Translations under genes and position numbers: made by a program
Shown: piece after piece, positions 59,298-64,000 of the stretch
Numbering within the stretch: position 1 is the first letter of the stretch
How the letters are laid out: each line of letters starts with the position of its first letter
The notes under the pieces: generated by a model
What the model saw: the letters and a program-made list of their open reading frames with translations, nothing else
The model's database searches: none
Told to the model about the DNA's origin: nothing
Assembly: GCA_965140705.1 (NCBI GenBank)
Contig: OZ223300.1
Span: forward strand, 352,001-416,000
Source: an uncultured Arcobacter sp.
GTDB lineage: Bacteria; Campylobacterota; Campylobacteria; Campylobacterales; Arcobacteraceae
Direction: 5' to 3'
Length of the DNA stretch: 64,000 nt

Positions 59298-59963
59298 GTG
59301 AAAATGGATTTAAGTCTTTATATTACTTATTGGCCTTTATTATTTAAAGGACTTTTATTTACTCTTTACATTTGCTCAATTGGTGTATTCTTAGCCATGT
59401 TGGGAGGGTTAATTCTATATCGTATTAATAGAATTAATTTGCTTATTACACGTTTAGTTTATTCTGTCTATTTAACTGTCTTCCGTGGGACACCTTTGCT
59501 TGTTCAAGTTTATTTAGTTTATTACGGTGGACCATTTATTGGATTAGAGTTAACGGCAGAACAAGTGGGTATTTTAGGTCTTAGCTTATATGGTGCAGCT
59601 TACTTTGCTGAAATATTCCGTTCAGGATTTGAAAGTATTCCTAAAGGACATATTGAAGCAGCTTACGATTTAGGTTACGCACGTCGCCAAATTTTGAGAT
59701 ATATTCAACTACCAGAGATGTTGGGTTTGATTCTTCCACCAAGTATTAATTTAACTATTATTTTAATTAAAGAATCTGCAATTCTTTCTATTATTACAGT
59801 ATCTGAACTCACAACAGCAGCAGTTACAATGGGAACAGAAACATTTAGTATGGTTGAACCTTATGTGTTTTTAGCTTTATCTTACTGGTGTATTACATTT
59901 ATTGTCGCAAAAATAGGTTCTTGGTGTGAAAACCGAAGCCTTATTCATTTGCAACGTAGCTAA
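59298..59963 (+). CDS. Amino-acid ABC transporter permease
   Basis: RGTPLLVQ, AEIFRSG..IPKGHIEAA. Confidence 0.93.
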   Translation: MKMDLSLYITYWPLLFKGLLFTLYICSIGVFLAMLGGLILYRINRINLLITRLVYSVYLTVFRGTPLLVQVYLVYYGGPFIGLELTAEQVGILGLSLYGAAYFAEIFRSGFESIPKGHIEAAYDLGYARRQILRYIQLPEMLGLILPPSINLTIILIKESAILSIITVSELTTAAVTMGTETFSMVEPYVFLALSYWCITFIVAKIGSWCENRSLIHLQRS

Positions 59964-59984
59964 GTTAAGAATTCAGGAGAAGTT

Positions 59985-60782
59985 ATGAAAATAGTACAAC
60001 ATAAAGCAATAAAACTAATTAATTTAAAAAAGCACTTTGGTGATAACGAAGTATTAAAGGGAATCAATTTCGATATTGATTATGGGAAAGTGGTCTGTAT
60101 TATTGGAGGATCAGGATCAGGGAAAAGTACAATGCTTAGATGCATGAACTTTCTTGAACAATACGATGGAGGCGAAGTACAAATAAATGGTAAACTATTA
60201 GGTTATGGTTCCGATTCTCAAGGTAATCTAGAATTATTACCGAGTCAATTTATACAAAAAGATTTAGCAGAAGTTTGCATGGTTTTTCAACAATTTAATC
60301 TGTGGCCACACATGAGTGTGATTGAAAATGTCATGTCACCACTATTACGAGTTCATCACTTAAGTAAAAAAGAGGCTGAAGAAAGAGCTGTAAAAGTACT
60401 TGAAAAAGTTGATATGCTACATAAAAGGGATGCTTATCCTGCCCAATTGTCAGGCGGACAACAACAACGTGTTGCAATTGCACGTGCATTAGGTACTGAG
60501 CCTAAAATTATGTTATTTGATGAGCCCACTTCAGCACTTGATCCTGAATTAGTAGGTGAAGTATTAAAAGTAATGAAATCACTAGCTCAAGATGGTATGA
60601 CCATGGTTATAGTGACGCATGAAATGGGATTTGCAGCTCAAGTATCAGATAAAGTTGTCTTTCTTGCAAATGGTTTAATTGAAGAAGAAGGAGACCCAAA
60701 AATACTTTTTAGTCAACCAAAATCAGAAAAACTAAAAAGCTTTTTAAGTACATGGACGGAACGAAATAGTGGAATTATATAG
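59985..60782 (+). CDS. Amino-acid ABC transporter ATP-binding protein
   Basis: [32 protein letters not shown]. Confidence 0.95.
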   Translation: MKIVQHKAIKLINLKKHFGDNEVLKGINFDIDYGKVVCIIGGSGSGKSTMLRCMNFLEQYDGGEVQINGKLLGYGSDSQGNLELLPSQFIQKDLAEVCMVFQQFNLWPHMSVIENVMSPLLRVHHLSKKEAEERAVKVLEKVDMLHKRDAYPAQLSGGQQQRVAIARALGTEPKIMLFDEPTSALDPELVGEVLKVMKSLAQDGMTMVIVTHEMGFAAQVSDKVVFLANGLIEEEGDPKILFSQPKSEKLKSFLSTWTERNSGII

Positions 60783-60838
60783 TTTCTCTAATCTTACATT
60801 ATAAAACATCTTTTGACAATAGAACCATTTGAATAAAG

Positions 60839-60868
60839 AGAGCGATAATAAAACATTGCTCTTTTTTT
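60839..60868 (+). terminator. Intrinsic terminator of the ABC/ureohydrolase operon
   Basis: AGAGCGAT...ATTGCTCT followed by a T run. Confidence 0.65.
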
Positions 60869-61007
60869 AATAGGAACTTTTGTTTATATATCCCTTTTGA
60901 ATAGTTTATACTAGGCTACTTAATATACAATATAATAACTAATTAAGAAAAATATTTTGCTAGAATAATAGTTGACAATTAAAAAACTAAAATAGGGTAA
61001 GATAAAA

Positions 61008-61886
61008 ATGACAATAAGAGAAATGGATATATTTGTAAATGTTGCAGAATTATCAAATTTAACAAAAGTTTCTGAAAAAATGAATTTAACCCAACCAAGT
61101 ATTTCTATGACTATCAAATCAATTGAAGAAGAATTTAATGAAAAAATGTTTGATAGAATAAGTAAAAAATTAATAGTAAATGAAAGAGGTAGAGTATTAT
61201 ATGAAGAAATTACTCCTATATTATTACAATTAAAACAATTTAAAGAAAGATTTATCCAGAATAAATTTTCGGGAAATATTAATGTCGCTGCTTCAAATAC
61301 AATTGGTGTTTATGCTTTAGCTGATGTTTTATATGATTATAAGAAGCTACATAAGCATGTAAATATTACTCATTTATATCCAGAACCTGATAATATTATC
61401 TCTTTGATTTATGAAGGGAAAGTGGATATTGGATTTATTGAATTTGAACTTCTTGATAAAAATATTGTAAAGGAATTACTTTACAAAGATGAACTTATTG
61501 TTGTGAGTTCAGATAAATCTCTTATAGAAAAAAGTTTTTATATTGATCAATTATTTGACAAAGAATGGATAGTAAGAGAAATATCTTCTGCCGTTACTCA
61601 AACTTTTTTTGATTATTTAGGAGAGGTGAAATCAGATCTAAATATTACATTGGCACTTGAACATACTGTAGCTATAAAGGAACTACTTATAAAACATAAA
61701 AATACAATTTCTATTTTACCAGCGAAAAGTGTGGAAAATGAAATTCGTTCTAATAAATTATATAAAATTGATATTATTAATATGAAGTTTGAAAGAAATA
61801 CTTATATGATTTATCATAAAAATAAATTTAAGAATATTATCTTTGAATCATTTAGAAAATTTGCACTGGAAAATATTGTTAAATAG
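61008..61886 (+). CDS. LysR-family transcriptional regulator
   Basis: MTIREMDIF..VAE...TQPSIS..IK.IE HTH plus substrate-binding domain. Confidence 0.93.
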   Translation: MTIREMDIFVNVAELSNLTKVSEKMNLTQPSISMTIKSIEEEFNEKMFDRISKKLIVNERGRVLYEEITPILLQLKQFKERFIQNKFSGNINVAASNTIGVYALADVLYDYKKLHKHVNITHLYPEPDNIISLIYEGKVDIGFIEFELLDKNIVKELLYKDELIVVSSDKSLIEKSFYIDQLFDKEWIVREISSAVTQTFFDYLGEVKSDLNITLALEHTVAIKELLIKHKNTISILPAKSVENEIRSNKLYKIDIINMKFERNTYMIYHKNKFKNIIFESFRKFALENIVK

Positions 61887-61970
61887 TATTTAATTACTTT
61901 GAAAAATAGTAAAACTTCCCATTATAAAACTTTTTCATAAAGAAATGAATCCTTAGGAAGTATAATATTA
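61882..61970. repeat. 89-bp diverged direct repeat, copy 2
   Basis: Covers the lysR stop, the intergenic gap and the last codons of the kinase gene. Confidence 0.88.
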
Positions 61971-63793
61971 TACTCCAATCCATTATTATTTTGGCAAGTA
62001 AGTTTTCCATTTAATTGAAAAGAGATAAGAGTTTTCATAAGACTAAATCCAAACCCACTCTCTACCTTATCAATATTTGCACCAATACCATTATCTTTAT
62101 AGATAAAATTTATGGTTTTATCATCTTTAGAAAAGGAGATATTAATTTTTGGATTAGGAGTTTGTTTAAAAGCATATTTAACACTATTTAAGATTAACTC
62201 ATTTATTACAAGTCCTATTGGGATTAGGCTATTTTGATTTAATAAAATTTTTTGAATATTCAATTCATATTGGATATCTAAAGAAGAGTAGCTATTTTTG
62301 ATCTCAGATATGATTTCTTTAATATACTTTTTTAACTCAATTTTATTTGGATTTTTTATTTCTAAGAAGTTTTCATATAATATAGATATTGATTTGATTC
62401 TTTTTATATTTTCATCTAAAATATCTTTATCTTTTTCATTTACTAATTTGTCCTTATCCATATATAGTAAGGCACTTATTATTTGCAAATTGTTTTTAAT
62501 TCTATGGGATAACTCTTTTAATAATACTGTTTTATTTTTTAATTGTATATCTAACTCTTTTGTTCTCTCTTCAACTTTCTTTTCCAAATGTATATTTAGT
62601 TGAGTTACTTCTTTTTTAGTATTTTCTAAAATAAGGTTCAATGAAGTATATCTATATGCTAAAGCTATAGAAAAAAGAATAGAGTCTATAGTTGTTCCAA
62701 TATCAACTCCTTTAAACAAGTACCAATTATAATCAATCATAGAAGCTGCAATTGAAGCTGTTAAAAAGGCACCAGTACAGCCAAAAATAGTTGCTAAAGT
62801 AAAGAATACTGCTTTTTTATTTCCCTTTAAATAAGAGTAAACTCCCAAAAATAGCATATAGATACTAAATAATGGAGTAATACAAGAGGCATAAAAAATA
62901 GTATATTTATATCCTAAAATAGAAGCAAGAATACATATTATAATATGTCCAATCAAAATATAGTTTGTATAAGTATTTATTTTAGGAAAATTATCTTTTA
63001 ACTCTAAAAATGATTTAGCAAAAAGTAAACTAAAAATCAAGTAGAAAAGGATAGTAAGAGATTGCATCCAGTTTTGAATATTTGGGTAGTCGTAGAATAT
63101 ATATTTAAAAGTATGGCTATCATAACTTAAACTCATCAAAAGATATGATAATAAATATAATGAATAATAAAAATAAGGCTTATATCTTGCAATAATAAAT
63201 ATTAAAATATTAAAAATAAAAATAGCAAAAACAATACTATAAGTACTTATTACTATCAAATCCATATTCATTATTTTTTTATAAAAGTTCTTTTCACTTA
63301 AAATTGAAAAAGGTATTATAAAAGGATCTCTTGTTTTTATTTGTAAATATACAGTTGATTTACCTTTAGAGAAGTTATGGGCTTGATTTAGAAGATTAAT
63401 CTTCATTGATCTCTCTTTAAAAGGTAATAAGGTACCCAATTTATAAGTTGTCAATCTATTTTGGTTATCGTATATATAAATATTAATAGAATCTATCCAA
63501 GGTGTATCAAATACAAAATATCTTTCTAATTTATTATTTGTTTCATTTAATGCATCAAATTTAAACCAATAAGTAGAGTCAGTAAAAAACTTAAGAAAAA
63601 CTTCTTTTTCTTGTTTTGTAAAGCTTTTATTATTTAGCTCTTTTATTTTATTTATAGTATAAGATGAGTCTTTATCTTCAAAATAACTCATCTTTTTACC
63701 TTCATAACTTAAATTTTTATTTGATAAATCAATTTCTGTTGCAAAAACAGAAGAAAAACTAACAAGTAAAATAATTAAATAGTATATTCTCAA
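61922..63793 (-). CDS. 7TM-DISM sensor histidine kinase (HisKA_2 type)
   Basis: Signal peptide, YWFKF DISM-like domain, 7 TM segments, ELSHRIKNNLQII, NELILNSVKYAF, DNGIG. Confidence 0.92.
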   Translation of the reverse strand: MRIYYLIILLVSFSSVFATEIDLSNKNLSYEGKKMSYFEDKDSSYTINKIKELNNKSFTKQEKEVFLKFFTDSTYWFKFDALNETNNKLERYFVFDTPWIDSINIYIYDNQNRLTTYKLGTLLPFKERSMKINLLNQAHNFSKGKSTVYLQIKTRDPFIIPFSILSEKNFYKKIMNMDLIVISTYSIVFAIFIFNILIFIIARYKPYFYYSLYLLSYLLMSLSYDSHTFKYIFYDYPNIQNWMQSLTILFYLIFSLLFAKSFLELKDNFPKINTYTNYILIGHIIICILASILGYKYTIFYASCITPLFSIYMLFLGVYSYLKGNKKAVFFTLATIFGCTGAFLTASIAASMIDYNWYLFKGVDIGTTIDSILFSIALAYRYTSLNLILENTKKEVTQLNIHLEKKVEERTKELDIQLKNKTVLLKELSHRIKNNLQIISALLYMDKDKLVNEKDKDILDENIKRIKSISILYENFLEIKNPNKIELKKYIKEIISEIKNSYSSLDIQYELNIQKILLNQNSLIPIGLVINELILNSVKYAFKQTPNPKINISFSKDDKTINFIYKDNGIGANIDKVESGFGFSLMKTLISFQLNGKLTCQNNNGLEYNIILPKDSFLYEKVL

Positions 63794-63906
63794 AATAAAC
63801 CTTTCTCGTATTTTATGTGTAATATAATAATAAAATAAGTATTATACTGTTTTAAGTTATGAATATATATTATAAAAAACAGAAGAATAAAGAAAGAGAT
63901 TAGCGT

Positions 63907-64000
63907 TTGAATATTATTATTTTAGAAGATGAAGCAATTATGATGATGTTTTTAAAAGACTCCTTAGAGAAAAAAGGACATACAGTAAAAGCTACATTTA
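63907..64000 (+). CDS. Response regulator receiver domain, 5' part (runs off the window)
   Basis: TTG start, MNIIILEDEAIMMMFLKDSLEKKGHTV...; divergent from the HisKA_2 kinase. Confidence 0.8.
   Translation, partial: MNIIILEDEAIMMMFLKDSLEKKGHTVKATF

Overview
AT-rich chromosomal window from a member of the Campylobacterota, most likely Arcobacteraceae; this is inferred from gene content, AGA-dominated Arg codons and TG-extended -10 promoters. Most of it is core genome: luxS, sfsA, tctCBA with a two-component system, four-subunit pyruvate:ferredoxin oxidoreductase, rplM-rpsI, a PhoU/PsiE/PhoBR-like cluster, prfA, rpsT, glmM, lspA, leuC, mobA, thrS-infC-rpmI-rplT, cdsA-dxr, tsaD, nnr, cutA, thiG and five tRNAs. 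Five non-routine parts stand out. (1) A 9.0-kb element integrated at the 3' end of tRNA-Leu(TAG), bounded by an 18-bp direct repeat. It combines a tyrosine integrase, an HUH rolling-circle Rep, a putative SSB and a membrane-anchored FtsK/SpoIIIE ATPase, with no T4SS or capsid genes, and carries Panacea TA and AbiTii-type cargo. (2) A gene cluster of hemerythrin, MoxR AAA+, a VWA protein with a degenerate HEXXH motif, two paralogous unknown proteins and two small unknown proteins, preceded by two sigma54-like promoters that would give leaderless mRNAs. (3) Two tandem paralogous candidate anti-RBS sRNAs upstream of tctCBA. (4) A 124-bp ERIC-like palindrome. (5) A 6.3-kb ureohydrolase/ABC cassette bracketed by an 89-bp duplication of the end of a histidine kinase gene. 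All family assignments come from motif recognition by eye; no searches were run.
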